From assembly GCA_020536535.1 (NCBI GenBank), contig JAHLWZ010000702.1:1-64000 (forward strand): a DNA stretch of 64,000 nucleotides, in the 5' to 3' direction. A program made the position numbers and the translations under genes. The notes under the pieces are model-generated. The model did no database searches. It worked only from the letters and a program-made list of their open reading frames with translations, and was not told the DNA's origin. Shown piece after piece: positions 35,289 through 48,308 of this stretch. Origin of the DNA: Pelomyxa schiedti. Lineage: Eukaryota > Protista > Evosea. The stretch's first letter is position 1. Each line of letters opens with the position of its first letter.

Positions 35289-37904
35289 TCAAAATGATGA
35301 AGGCGAGTATGTCTTGTACCGCATAACAGCATATAGCCCATACAATAGGCACGCCTGCTTTTGTGCTTCCAGTGCCAGTAGGCACAGATGCAACTTCTCG
35401 TCTGGTCTTAGGCCACCAATCATCTCAAAGTCCATACTAGTTACAGTCCAGGGATGGAATATAACTTTCTTTATGTACTGCTTCAGCTTCTTTGACAGAA
35501 AACTGTTCACCTCTCCGTACTCATAGTCATCGTGGAAAATTCCGTGGATTCGGTGAACGTAATGCCATATGGCCTCACGGAACGGCTCGGTTCTTACATT
35601 AGATTTATCTGAGAAGCTACTCGAGAGTTAGCCTTGGTAATGGAAGTAGGGTATTACAACTTATTGTAGGTCATCTGCATAGTACGGTCGAAGAGTTTGT
35701 GAAGGGAAGGTGCTGCTTCCTTGAAAAATTCCTCAACCAGTCCGTACCCGTGTTGTGACCAACAGTAGTCCTTAATAGTGTTGGTAGGAGTCGACATGAC
35801 ACTTAGCACACCTGGACACGGAAGATAGGATTTATCCGGTGATCGAAATCTAAATGCGGCCTGTCTTTGCCACATAGGTACTTGGTTGTGTTGGGAGATA
35901 TGGAGACAGATGCAGGAGAACTAGCAACAGGCAGTGCTGGGAAGACAACACCATCTGCAGCTGTGAATTGATCGATTCTGCTGCTTTGCGAGGTGTCATG
36001 AGGCCTTGCCCGGCTCCAGTTGTCAGGACCCACTTCTGTGTATTGTTGGGTAAAAGAAAGCGAAGTGATTGTCCGAACCTTCTTCCGTGGACCCGTCTTG
36101 TGAAGTATCAGCATCATTTACGGGAGAGGGGGGAGACGGGGCCGGTGCAGTAGTGCAAATTGTGTTTACTGGAGATGGAGGGGATGGAGTAGGCACCACG
36201 GTGGACGCCACGACCTCAAACCCAGATTCTGGGTTAATCCCGCATCCAAACACAAGGCTTGATAACGAGATGAATTCGCACGCAATGACAATCATTGCCA
36301 CAATCTGTGCAATTGACCAAGGGTCCTCTAATTGTACGAGATCCTATGTTGATTTCAGGTGAGATGCATAATTAAGCTAACCTCAATATGTTTTCGACTT
36401 AAAACCCAGGGTTGATTTGCCAGAAGTGCGATTACTTTTACAAGCCGTTTTACTTTGGGGGGTGCATTTTGAACTCCGTTGAGCCACTCTTCTGGCCCGC
36501 CACTCTGTCTGAATTCAGCTTCTTGCTGACGCACAAGATACTCGCAACCTCTTCGACTTGCAGCCTAAATGTGCGAGGGTAAATTCAGAAAAATCCCATA
36601 ACACAACAATGTGCACACCAGAATGGCAACATAATGACGGAGAGGTTTTGGCATAGGATTTTCTAACCGCAAGATTGTGTTCAACAGTTCACAATGAGCA
36701 TCAAAGTAATCAAAGTGAACTGATAAGACAAGATCGAGGTTTGAAATAGTGCCACTGTAACCGAAATAGTCCTAACAAGTGTAAGGAACATCGGGCACGG
36801 GAAAATTTACAATAAACGCAGTGCTCTGTAATGTTTTAAGGTCAAAAGTTTGTGGGAACTCCGAAAATCTGGATGGGCGAGGGTAAACCGGGATCGCTTC
36901 CTTTAAGAGGTCATGGCAACCAAGTACATTTATGAATTACCCGTGGGATACGAGAGAGATGCCTCAGGAGGGCCGAGGTTACATCTTCAAAAGGGCACGT
37001 GGTAGAAAGGCGCGCTACAGTGTGTATATTGCTGAAAAGAACGGATGTATCACGGAAAAGGAGTTCAAGTTCGTCCAGAGCTTGTTTCCGTCTGTGTGGA
37101 TCGGTCAACAGTAGCCGCTAACATAAAGAAATGGAGATGAATATGGCAAGGAGATGTCCTAACTGTTTAGCATACATACCTGAAACTTCGAATATGGGCT
37201 ATTCACTTGAAAATTATACTCGGCAAGTGCTGGATGAATTAAGCGTTTGAAAGGAACGTAATCGAATGTAAAAAGTACTTACATGAGTGATGTGCAAAAA
37301 TAGTTTGTCCACCCTCATCCGGTGCCTCAATGCCAAAACCTTCATCCAATAAAAGGGGTTGGAGAGACAAAGATGGTGACATTGCAAGCATTGGTGGTGA
37401 CTGCATGGATATGGACATGTGTGGCATGGATAGGGATGTGTGTGGCATGGATGCGCGTGGTGGTTGCCCCATTAATGGGATTAACGGTGGTGGAGCAGAT
37501 CTTGAACTGCTTGTTGTGTTGTGTGATGACAGAGTAGATTTTGTACTATCTGCCGTATTTTTCTCTGTGATTGGTGTCCCGCCAGGCGTAGACGGCGTAA
37601 GATTGGTGTGTGGGAGAGGAGGAGACGGTGATGGAGAAGGCGGGTATTGAACGCTACTACACTCTCCTACAGTGAATGGTACGGCCCAATTTTGTGAGAC
37701 CTGCGCGGTTGCAAGGCTGCTTGACCCACTTGCAGTTTGTGTTGTAGTGTTGGTCAGCGTAGTCGGACTCAGTGCAGCCTTGTTGAATATTCTTGTGTCG
37801 TCTCCGTTTGCCGTAGAGGACGTCCAAAACCATGTTGGTGAACAAGCAGTGATCGGCGGCGATGGCGTATTGCGCCCCGGAATACGAATACTATCGCTCG
37901 TCAT
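35289..37904 (-). CDS. SESN: Sestrin
   Basis: PMPKPLRHYVAIL|AASRRGCEYLV, LANQPW, LSSLVFGCGINPE, DYCWSQHGY, MTYN, AIWHYVHRIHGIFHDDYEYGEVN, EKLHLCLLALEA, LLYGL. Confidence 0.92.
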
Positions 37905-38296
37905 TTTATGTCGGTACCCTTCAGACGCAAATTAAAAAAAAAAAGAAACAAGTAATAAATTAAAAAACGTGACGAGCTACGAACAAGGAACGTGTCCACA
38001 ACACGGGAGATCTGGAGATCTACCCAATGTCACTGTCACAACGACCGATGAACCAGCGGTAACACCGCACCGGTGGGCTCCTTCACTCTGCTCGGGTCCG
38101 AAATTGCATGAAAAAAATAAGAGATTTCCTTTTCTGAAAAGTGTGTCTGGAACACAATCTGGATTATTGTACACTGTTGCGCACTATCGCCGGCCATTGA
38201 AGATGGACAACTGCTCTTAGAACTGTCAATCTTCAATCATTCTATCTTTCTATTTACGCAACTCTGCCAAAAGGGTACCTAAAATACAAGAAAATC

Positions 38297-39997
38297 ATGG
38301 ACTTCGAGGAGGGTGATGAAGACTCTGTGTTTGGGGGGTTCCGGCCGCGTGCGATTGTGAAGCAAAACCAGAAGACCGAAGATGACAACACGCTTTCGCT
38401 ACCACGTGATGGTGCGTCATCACACGATACAGACCGCCGCGACTCGCGGGACTCGCGGGGTTCGCGCGACTCTCGGGACGACAGGGACAGGCACTCGTCT
38501 AGAGATAGAGATTCTCGCGACGCGAGGGACTCTAGAGATCCACACCAGCGAGACGGAAGAGATTCCCAAAGGCACAGCTACAGGGACAGAAACAGCTTTG
38601 GCAATGATCGCAGAGATGACCGAGACAGAGACAGAGATCGTGACCGGGACAGGGATAGAGGGAACAGACGGCCTGAGCGAAATCGTGGGGACCCAAATCC
38701 ACCGGCACTCTATTCAATACATCAGGCAAAAGTATGCCTTCACCTTGTAAGGGGCGTGAGTGAGAAGTTGACTTTGTATCAAAGGTTGTCAGGATAGAGC
38801 AGTTTGGTGCTTTTTGTGAAATCCCCGGATTTGCTAGACATGGTGGGATAACTGTCCACCATATTTTTAGTTTTGGATACTCACCTACAATCTAACATTC
38901 AAGGCCTTTTGCACGTGTCACAGCTCTCTAATTGCAGAGTGGAAAATCCAGCAAGCGTTGTTGAGCTTGATGAAGTTTTATGGGTCAAAGTGGTGAAAAT
39001 ACAGGTGCGCCAGTCTGGTCTCCAATTTCGCTCACTTCTCTCAGGATGACGGCAAGTTCAGTCTTTCTATCCGATATGTCAATCAGTCAGATGGCACCGA
39101 CAAAGATCCAAACAATGGTTAATGACTTTTATATTTTCTACAGGAGTAAACGAATTGGCTTCATACAGTTCAGTTAATGATGTCTGACCAAAGACGATCT
39201 GGAAATCCCCTTGAACCCAAGAAGCTTGAGATAGGTTCGCAGCTTCCTTGAGAATGTGCCTTTGCCCCACTACTATCTTGGTGTTGTGTGTTGGGCTATT
39301 GTGTTTGTGCATCTGCAGGAGCAGTTTTGAACACATGCTGTTCCCGCTGCGGGGGGAGAGGACACATTAAAGCCGAATGTTTTGCGGATCTTACTGCTGG
39401 ACCAGGCAAGAAATATGATCTACTATACAGTCCGTCAAGCAGTCCAACCCATACAGCCCCCGCTTCTAGCACTACGACAACTGCACCTCCAAATGAGAGT
39501 GCACCTACCGCACAAGGTAGTGATGAGAGTGCTGCTGTGGACCAGGCTTCGACATCAAAGGAGGATGCAGGGTAATTTTTCAACTCGCTCACTTTAAGAA
39601 CGTAACCCTCGATTTAGGGAGGTGACAACAATCCGAGATGCCTTGAGAATTTTGAATGAGGTTAATCTTTCTCCAACTCTTTTGTTGCCATAGAATAAAG
39701 TTCGCAATTCAGGCAAAGCAACGAGAAGACAAAAAGCACAAGCACAGCAAGCACAAACACAAGCACAAACACCACAGCCACAAGCACAAACACCATGACA
39801 GGAAGCACAAGCACCACCGCTCCTCTTCCTCATCATCCTCCTCCTCTTCTTCTTCCTCCTCCGCATCTTCCTCCCGCTCGCGGTCCCGCTCTCGTTCCCG
39901 GTCCGCCTCGCCATCTCACAACAAATCCACGGCCGTGGTCGAGGGCCCTCCCTCGCCGCCGCACCCCAAGCGCCCCCGCACCAGCGAGAAGGATTGA
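38297..39997 (+). CDS. ZCCHC17: S1 RNA-binding plus zinc-knuckle protein (pNO40/ZCCHC17-like) with RD, HK, poly-S and RS tracts
   Basis: LYSIHQAK|VVRIEQFGAFCEIPG..GLLHVSQLS..WVKVV..SLSIRYVNQSDGTDKDPN; CSRCGGRGHIKAEC. Confidence 0.85.
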
Positions 39998-40258
39998 AAC
40001 AAGAACCAACACAAGAAACTTGCACTTGTACGGTTCCCTTTCTCGGTAATACCGTGCATCCAGCCACCCGCAACAGAAAAAAAATCAGATCTGCACCCGA
40101 TGGGTTCCAAAAGCGCTAACGGGAAAATAGGAAAAACGAAAAACCGGATAAAAACAAAAAAAAAACAAAACAACACCCCACGCAACACCCACACAACCCC
40201 AACCACTTTTTTTAAACAACAAGGCAAACACACCCAATAAAGCAAATTGGGCCCCTAC

Positions 40259-43200
40259 ATGACGGATTTGCTGCTGTCCAACACATCGTCACCATCACCA
40301 CAATCAAAAGTATCAGAAAAACAAACAGCAACAACAAGCGGCAGTAGCACCGGCGTAGGGAGCCATAGTATAAATAATAAAAGTATCACCAACACCATTA
40401 GCACTAGTACCAGTAGTAATAGCTGCAACACGACAACAACACCGACACCGACAGCCATCAGTTACACCAGCAACAACAACAACACCAACAACAACAGCGG
40501 TTGCGTGGGGATTGGATTACCCGCAACGGCACAACCGGGATCTGGGCTGCCACCTCTGACGCAAGTAAATACGACCGGATCTATCGTAGTTACCGCACCA
40601 AGTTCTACCAATAGTATCAGTAGTGCGAACGCTTCGCCCGCCATGTCTTCAATGTCGCCCTTGTTGGCTGCCGTTCTCCTTGGCGAGGAGGCACAGGCAC
40701 CAGGACTGGGATCATCTTCGCCATCGTCGCCTCTGTGCATGACGTCGGCGCTGTCCCCTTCGCCCCCGACGTCGTCCCGATTTGTGCCCGATATCCCGCC
40801 GCCCTCTTCTTCTCAGTTGCAACAGCAGCAACTACAGCAACAGCTGCAGTTGCACCAGCAATTACAAGTGCAGATACAACAACACCAGCAAAGGCAGGAA
40901 CAGCAGCAGCAACACAAGGTGGATGTGGATATGCAACAGAAAGCTGCCAAGCAAGAATTGTCACCTCAATCAAATAACCAGAGAAGAGGACCGGCTCATA
41001 TACCTAGGCCTCAGCACTTGTTGTTACCTCCTACAACAGTTTCGACCTCACCTTCTCCTCCTCCCTCACCCAAATCGCCCTCACCGACACACTTCCACTC
41101 TCCAGTGCCTTCACGCCCTACATCGCCAGCTCCACCCGTTCCAGTTATCTCTACCGATAGCGGTACAGTACCCGATATTATTGGAACAACCACACCTCTC
41201 TCCCAGTCTCCTCCACCCACTCTAGTAATTTCCATATGTAACCTTCCCCCATTGCCACCACCCCCACCTCTTCCCCTTGAACAACACCCTTTGGTCGTAC
41301 CAACGCAGCCAGCGCCGTTAAATCCAGCGTGTCTTCCGCCGCCACCTCTACCTCGTAATGTCCCATTATTGTCTCCAACACTCCCACCATCTCCAGCACC
41401 TCTTCCTCCTCTCCCTACAGCTGTATTCACACATCCACCTGGAGCAAGTGACCAGGGGACACTCACACAACATTCTATTTCCTCAGCCATTCCTGCTGAC
41501 GTAACGTCACCTCGTATTGATATACCCCCTCCCCCTTTCCCCTATGTTGATATACCACCACCCCCTGATCTGCCGCACCAGACATCCCCTACCCACTCTC
41601 GCTCAGGCACTAACTCTATTGATAATTCTAGTTCCACCCCCTATGTTGAAGTACCACCTCCACCATTTCCGCAACTTGATTCTCTACCACCTCCACCTCC
41701 CCACCAAGATCCCCACCAAGAAAATATACCACCACCATTACAGCAAGACTATATACCACCACCTCCACAAGTACAGCAGGATTATGTATCACCTTTTTTA
41801 CCATCAGACTACGTATTGCCCTCACAACCGATGATGACTGTGTCAAGAGACGGCCTTTCATCCAAGCATAAACCCTCACCTAAGCACCGCACAGCATCCC
41901 TTGATGACACCCTCATGAGTGCTGGAAGCCAACTTAAATCTTCTGCAGTAATCAGTGCTCCTAAGAGGCAAACAAAAGCAGACCACGGGCCTTGGTGGCG
42001 GAAGTTTAACATTAAACGGAAGGGGGCCGAAATTCAAGTACTTTCCCTACTAAAAACTTACAAATTTACCTTATACATATCCTGTAGCCGCTTCCTTCCA
42101 GCACCCCAGGTTCCAATTCTACTCAGGTAACAGCTTCCTTGCAACCGTCATCATATGATGAATGCGAGACCTGTGTTTCCGTTAACAGCAATAGCCCTCC
42201 TATACACTTGCTACTTGTTGATCACTATGCATATCCATGCCTAGTGTATTTTGTACAAATGCAGTATTCCGAATTACTACAAGAAATTATCTTGTGCCGA
42301 GAAGCTCTTTGTGGACATCACTTAGAGTACAACTTTGTTCTCCCTTTTAAATCTGATTTAGTATCGCAGTGGGCATCTGGCCTTGCGCCTGTTCCAAGAG
42401 GCCCTGTCTAATTTCCCCCAAAACTTACGAGAAATTCTGAGCCAAGACTCGGTCATACAGGAGGACTCCCCTCAATTTTTAGATCTTGTATACCGCTATA
42501 AATACACAAGCCCAAATAATTATTGCCAAGATGGTTACCTTAACAATGGATCATCTGTCAGAAGTACTCTATGAACCATTTATGGAAGAATATCCTCAAT
42601 ATCCCAAGCCTCACAAAAAACATGTAAATTACATGACTAAACAAATCCCCAAAAAAATGTACGCAAATTAAACAAATACAGAAAAATCATGGAACTAACA
42701 GGGAGGCAGAAGGTTCTCCGTATGTTCCCTTTCGAAGTTTATTTTCCTTTTAATCTTCTTGAACAGGGTTACTCCCTTTGACGTCACCTCAAGGTTTCTA
42801 TCCAGTTTTGTCTAATTGCTACTTATTTACTTCTCCAGCCCTACTTCTGCAAAAAGATCCAGACCCTGTATTTGACAATTTTTTCTGCGTGATGTACTTA
42901 TTTTAAACCTAGTGAAAGGCATGACCTCTGCTCCGTTCGGCATTGAAAGGGGTTCCTGCAATGCTAGTTCTGATGGAATAGTCTGCGATTGCAGTGCATA
43001 CAGCGGTACCTTCTTGGGTTAGCTTCCCTTATTAGTCTGAAATACAGTAACCACTTGCAACTAGGTGGCCCTTGCTTTGACTGTCACCATTTCCCGTCTA
43101 ATCACACAACTGCCCAGACAACACCGAATGGAAATGTTAACAGCAACCCACTATTGCCTCTCTCTGACGAGGGATCATCGGTTGTTCATGACAACTCGAC

Positions 43201-44435
43201 TTCTGTTTCACAGCAAGGAACGCCTCCAACTGATCACAATGCACACCCAAATATTCCCCCACCAGCGCTGTCCTCATCAGTTCCTTCATCCACAGAGCAT
43301 TTTCACTCTTCACGTGAGTCCCCTTCTCCGCTTTGATCCATTTTTAACTGCAAGTACCTTACAGGACGATGGGTAATAGAACGAAAAGAAATTTCTCTTG
43401 TGCATGGTGACCCATGTGGGACAGGGAGGTTTGCAATTGTTTATAAAGGAGTATGGCGAGGCCAAACCGTAGCTGTACGAGTTCTTAAAGAACTGGACAA
43501 GAGGTCAGTGGATAATTTCCACATGGAAATGAAGCTGCTCACGTGTGTTCACCTTTCAATTTAATTGTCCTACCCTCTTTTTAGGTCTCTCCGGTCTCCT
43601 CATCTATTGTATTTTTATGGTGCCGTTATAACTCCCCAAAGCAAAGTCATTATTATGGAGTACTGTTCGAAAGGCAGTCTCAGAAAGTTGAAACAAAAAC
43701 TTGTGAAACAAAATTTAATTTCCAATGCACAGACTCCTTCAAACCACAAGTAACTTCAAGTGGGATAATCTCTTTCAATACGCCATTGATGCATTGCATG
43801 GAGTAAGTTGTTTACATAATTGGAAACCTCAGATTCTCCATCGGAATCTCACTAGCACAAACATTATGGTAGCTGATGATGGTAGTGCAAAAATAACGTA
43901 AGTGTACTTCATTTTCTTTGTATGCACTCAATTCCGTCACAGAGATTTTGTACTTAGTAGACAAAACGATAATTCAGCCACATTTTATCGCGTGAAATCA
44001 AGTTGCGCGTTCACTTACTGCTGCCCTGTATCATCCCAGTCAATTTTTCGTCACTGAATGTTGCTTTAGGAAGTTTTCAAGGGTGAACCGTTCACGACTA
44101 AGTCCGACATTTATTCCTTTGGGATTATCTTGTGGGAGATGATTGTGTGCTGCCTCTGTGGTCACTATGAACGGCCTTTCACCGAATATACAAGCATAAC
44201 CCTGGAATTTCAAATACTCATGCAAGTGGCCAAAACAGGATTGCGGCCAACTATTCCCTCTACCTGCCCTCCAGAGTTAAGTGGCGTGCTAGAAATGTTG
44301 TGGTCACAAGATGCGAATGCGAGACCCAGTGCAGACCAGGCCATTGATATGATGAATGAAGTCAAACGTAGCTATATGTCCAAGCAGAAGCAATGGGACA
44401 AGTTGATTTTCCGGGACAAAGAAAAGAAAAAGTGA
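40259..44435 (+). CDS. TKL-group pseudokinase with very long Pro/Gln/Ser-rich N-terminus
   Basis: Kinase fold motifs GTGRFAIVY, VAVRVL, IMEYCSKGSL, HRNLTSTNIM, DFVLSR, YCCP|E, SDIYSFG, LWSQDANARP. Confidence 0.85.
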
Positions 44436-44704
44436 GTTCACCTCCTTTCTGCCCGTTGTTAATCTTCTCACTAGGCACTGAACTCACAACACAACTTGTG
44501 CATAATTTTTGGTCAATTTTGTGAACTAAATTTTTCCTTCCTTGTCTATGACCGCACTTCTTTATTTTCACTGGGCTCACACATTCTTACACCACTTCAT
44601 TTGGTACTGCACACTTTACACAGTAAAATCAAAAACAAAAAGGTTTTTAGAAAAACTTTTGGTTACATGCAATATGGAACCAGTGGCGTTTCTTTACACT
44701 TGTG

Positions 44705-47700
44705 TTACACATCTTTTGGTGGAAGTGGTGGTGCTACAGGAGCCACAGGGCGCAGGATTGGCCTGTCCCCTAATGGTGCTGACTGGCGCATAGCGGCGCT
44801 GTTACTAGTGACCGCTAGGTCCCCAGGTTGTGCATTGGCCATACTAAGTATCAAAATTAGCACGGTAAAAACTTGGAGGTAGGTTCTTACTTTCTCCTTG
44901 CAATCTTCATTTGCAGCTCAGCCATTGGGGACATGCCCGTGGCAAATGACTGGGCACGTGGAAGTTCACCACCGGACATCATTGTAGCAGCCCGGCGTTT
45001 GGTAATTCCACCATCCAAAGCCCCTGTGCTTGTTCCTGGGGTGGTGGTGCCAAGTGGATTATTTGCGGCAGTATTTGATGGTGTGGCTGCGGATGATGCG
45101 GATGTTGGTGCTGATGCTGTTGTTGTTGGGCGTAGCTTGACACTATTTGGGGTGAATGGAACGAGTTTCAGGGGAGGTGGCGCATTCAGACCTCCTTCAC
45201 TGGCACCGTGACTGCTTGGTAGAGTCCCGGGACTAGTGGAAGGCGGAGTGGCGGGAGGGGGCGGGGGAGGTGGTGGAGGTGGGGGAGGTGGGGCAGCTGC
45301 ATTCTTATCGGGTTTCTTTTTGCTGGAATCTTTTTTTGGCTTCTTTTCAGTGTCTGGTGCTGAGGCGTCCTCTGGCTTGTCTTCTTTCCCTTTCTTCTTT
45401 TTCGTGTCTTTGATTTTTGACACCACTAGAGACCCAATTGTGTAATCGGTGATACTTAGAATATCTGTTCCACTACCAAGGGGTGGTGTAGACGATGGTA
45501 CTGGCGCGGGAGATGATGCTGAAACAGCAACAGCGTCAAGTAAATTGGCAAGATTTTCTTCTCTCTTGGCTTTCTGTAATGTGTTAGTAGGATTATATAA
45601 TACAGGACAAAGTAGCTCCTTACTGCTTTTTCCCAAAGAGAAACCGGTAAGAGTTCCTAAAATACCATCAGAAATACGAAATGTATTTCAACATACCCCA
45701 AATAGCGCGGAATACCCATTTATCATCGATTCACAAACATAATTTGTAGCATCAGAGGCCGCTGCTAGAGCCAAAGTTTCTTCACGGGGACGAAGAATTG
45801 TGGGTCCAAAGACAACAGCAAGATTTCTTGAAGTCATAAGGTTAACAGAGCTATTTGCTGCCACCTTGTAGTTTTTTAAATATTGCTATTATTAATACTC
45901 AAAGAAACCTTTGCAAGATATCTCATCAGGTAATGTAGAGATACGCGGTTAAGCAAAGGCAACTTCATCACTAATGCCTTTAAATTGTCAGTCACAGAAC
46001 TTCCAGACTCTAGTTCACTATCAGATAAGGTTATGGGGAGATTAAAGGTACTTGCTGCTTCAATGAAGTTGTCATAAAGATCAAATGTTAAGAGTGGATC
46101 TGGCAATTCCCGCAGATAAAGCTTTAGTACAGCAGCAACGGCATATGCGTCATCAAATTCAGGAATGACCCCTTGTGTAAATTGAATAGGTTTGACACTT
46201 CTTTTGTTTTTGAAAAAAAAAACCTTTATTGAATTGGTCTTTGAGTGTCTGTAAACTAACCCCGGCAGCTGACAGTCGGAAAATTCCACTTTGAGAAACA
46301 CCTTTGGAGATCTTGTAAGGCTAGCTTAATGAAAGGGGTACCATTGTTGTTTTCAAGGTATTCTATAGTTTTCGCAATGGGAGCTGGGTACATCTGACCA
46401 GACTTGATACAGCCCAAGTACAAAGGAAGGCCAAACACAGCTGGATTAGCTGTTTTTTGTGTTTGAGGTTTTTCTCAGAATGAATTTACTCTTACTCAGC
46501 TCATTGACAGTGGTAATTGCCGCCATAAAGCTGGTTGAAGTCTCAGTGGCTGCAAAGGCAATGCAGATACTTTTTTGCTTTTTATCCTGGGCATTGTGCA
46601 ACTTGATTCCAAACTGGGCAGTTTTGGGACAATCTTTCTTTTCGATTTCCTTGGTCAAGTAAGACAACACTCTTTGAAATGTCATAAGGTTACCACAGCC
46701 TTGTACATGCTCAAATTTACTGAAGCGAGTTCCGGTTCTGTCTGTTGGTTCCAGGTAGGTTAAAAAAGTAAAGGAAGGGAGAAAGACCAGTGTAGAAAAC
46801 ACGTGTATGGTTCCACCAAAGAGAAAGCAAATAGCCTTTGCCCATTTCTTGTTACCAGTTTGCTTAAACTCCACATCCACAGGTAGGTGGTCTCCACAAG
46901 CCATAGCACGATCAATGGGATCATCAGACGCACTCAGAGCAGACAAGACGGAAGCAAGGGAAACCTTTGGTCCTTGGCTAATGCGAGACGACGGACTAGC
47001 ATCAGCAACAGCCTCTGAAACTTCAGAGTCCGAATGAGCACCACCGGTATCTGGTTTTTCATGCACCACAACATTGCGAGGGGGAGGAGGCGGGCTCTCG
47101 TGGGGAGAGGGATCAGTGCGCCGAGGAAGCGGCGGCGGGGCCGTCAGTTCCGCATGAGGCGGCGGAGGCAGAGAAGTTTCTCTGGGAGCGCCCGGGTGCT
47201 CGGTGTTGCGAGGAGGTGGGGGTGGGGCGGGCCGCTCCCTGCTGGGAAGCAGGGGTGCAGAGCAGGCTAGGGCGGGAGGGGGCAGGACGCGGCCAGTTGG
47301 TCCCGTCAGTGACAAAGTAGGCGGAGCAGTGAGTGCAGGCGGGGCCGCGAGAGTCGGCTGCGCGGTGAGCGAGGGCGAGCGAGCAGAGAGAGGAGGGGGC
47401 GTGGTCAGGCTTGGTGGCTGGGTGAGTGCAGGGGGAGTAGGCGTCACCCCCGCATGTGGAGAGGTCAGAGAAGAAGCGGCAGTGCTGCTTGGTGGGAGGC
47501 AAAGTGGCGCAAGAGGGGCTAATGGTGGAACGGCGAGGGGAGAGACAGGCGACGTGGACGGTGACGTGGAATTGCTCGACCCGCCGCCGGTGCTGCTGGT
47601 GCCCCCGCCCGTTGCCGCCGTGGCGACGTGCGAGACGTGGGGGGTGACGATGAGCGGAGGGGGGGGCTGGGGCTGCGGCGTGACCAGCAGCCGCGGGGTG

Positions 47701-48155
47701 ACGAGGGACGGGGGAGGGGCCAGGGCAGGAGGGGCCGCCAGCGGCACCAGGGGTGTCGGGGCCGGCAGGAGCGTGGTCGGCGGCGCCGTCAGCGCCGGGG
47801 GGAGCAGCAGCGCCGGCGGCGGTGTGGTGGCCCGTTGGGGCATGGACGCGACAACACCTGTATCTGCCTTTTGCTGCTGTGGCTCCTGCCTCTGCTGAGG
47901 CCTGGCCCTCCCGGTTGCCCACGTCGTGGCAGGGGGAGCAGCAGTAGACGACGAAGGGGGCGATGTAGACGGTGGGGTGTTGCTGGCGGCGCTCCGAGGC
48001 GACTCGGTCTCGGGAGGCGGGGGTGGGGGTGGTGGCTCGTCGTCCTCTGGGGGCGGGGGCGGTGGCGGCGTCCCTTCGTCGTCGCCGTCGCCCACGTGCG
48101 GCTCCCCGTGTTTGTGTCCTTTAGTGTGTGTAAGACGATGCAGGAGCGACGCCAT
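44705..48155 (-). CDS. RhoGAP-domain protein with Pro-rich termini and PH-like region
   Basis: VFGLPL, GIFRLS (arginine finger), VAAVLKLYLRELPDPLL, NLMTSRNLAVVFGPTIL. Confidence 0.9.
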
Positions 48156-48308
48156 GCCAACGGCCTACGGTGATTGCCTTTTATTTTTTTTTTGTTTTTC
48201 GTTTCTGCAAAAGGGTTTTTTTTTCCTTTTCGCTCCTATTCCATCTATTCGTTCTCCAAAAGGCAGTTCAAGATATCCTGTGATAAATTCCTTTTTGTTT
48301 GTGATGGG

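Noticed and set aside
38430-38670. Repetitive gac/cga/aga tract suggesting a repeat array or CRISPR
   Set aside because: It encodes the RD/RS dipeptide region of the ZCCHC17-like protein; there is no repeat-spacer structure.
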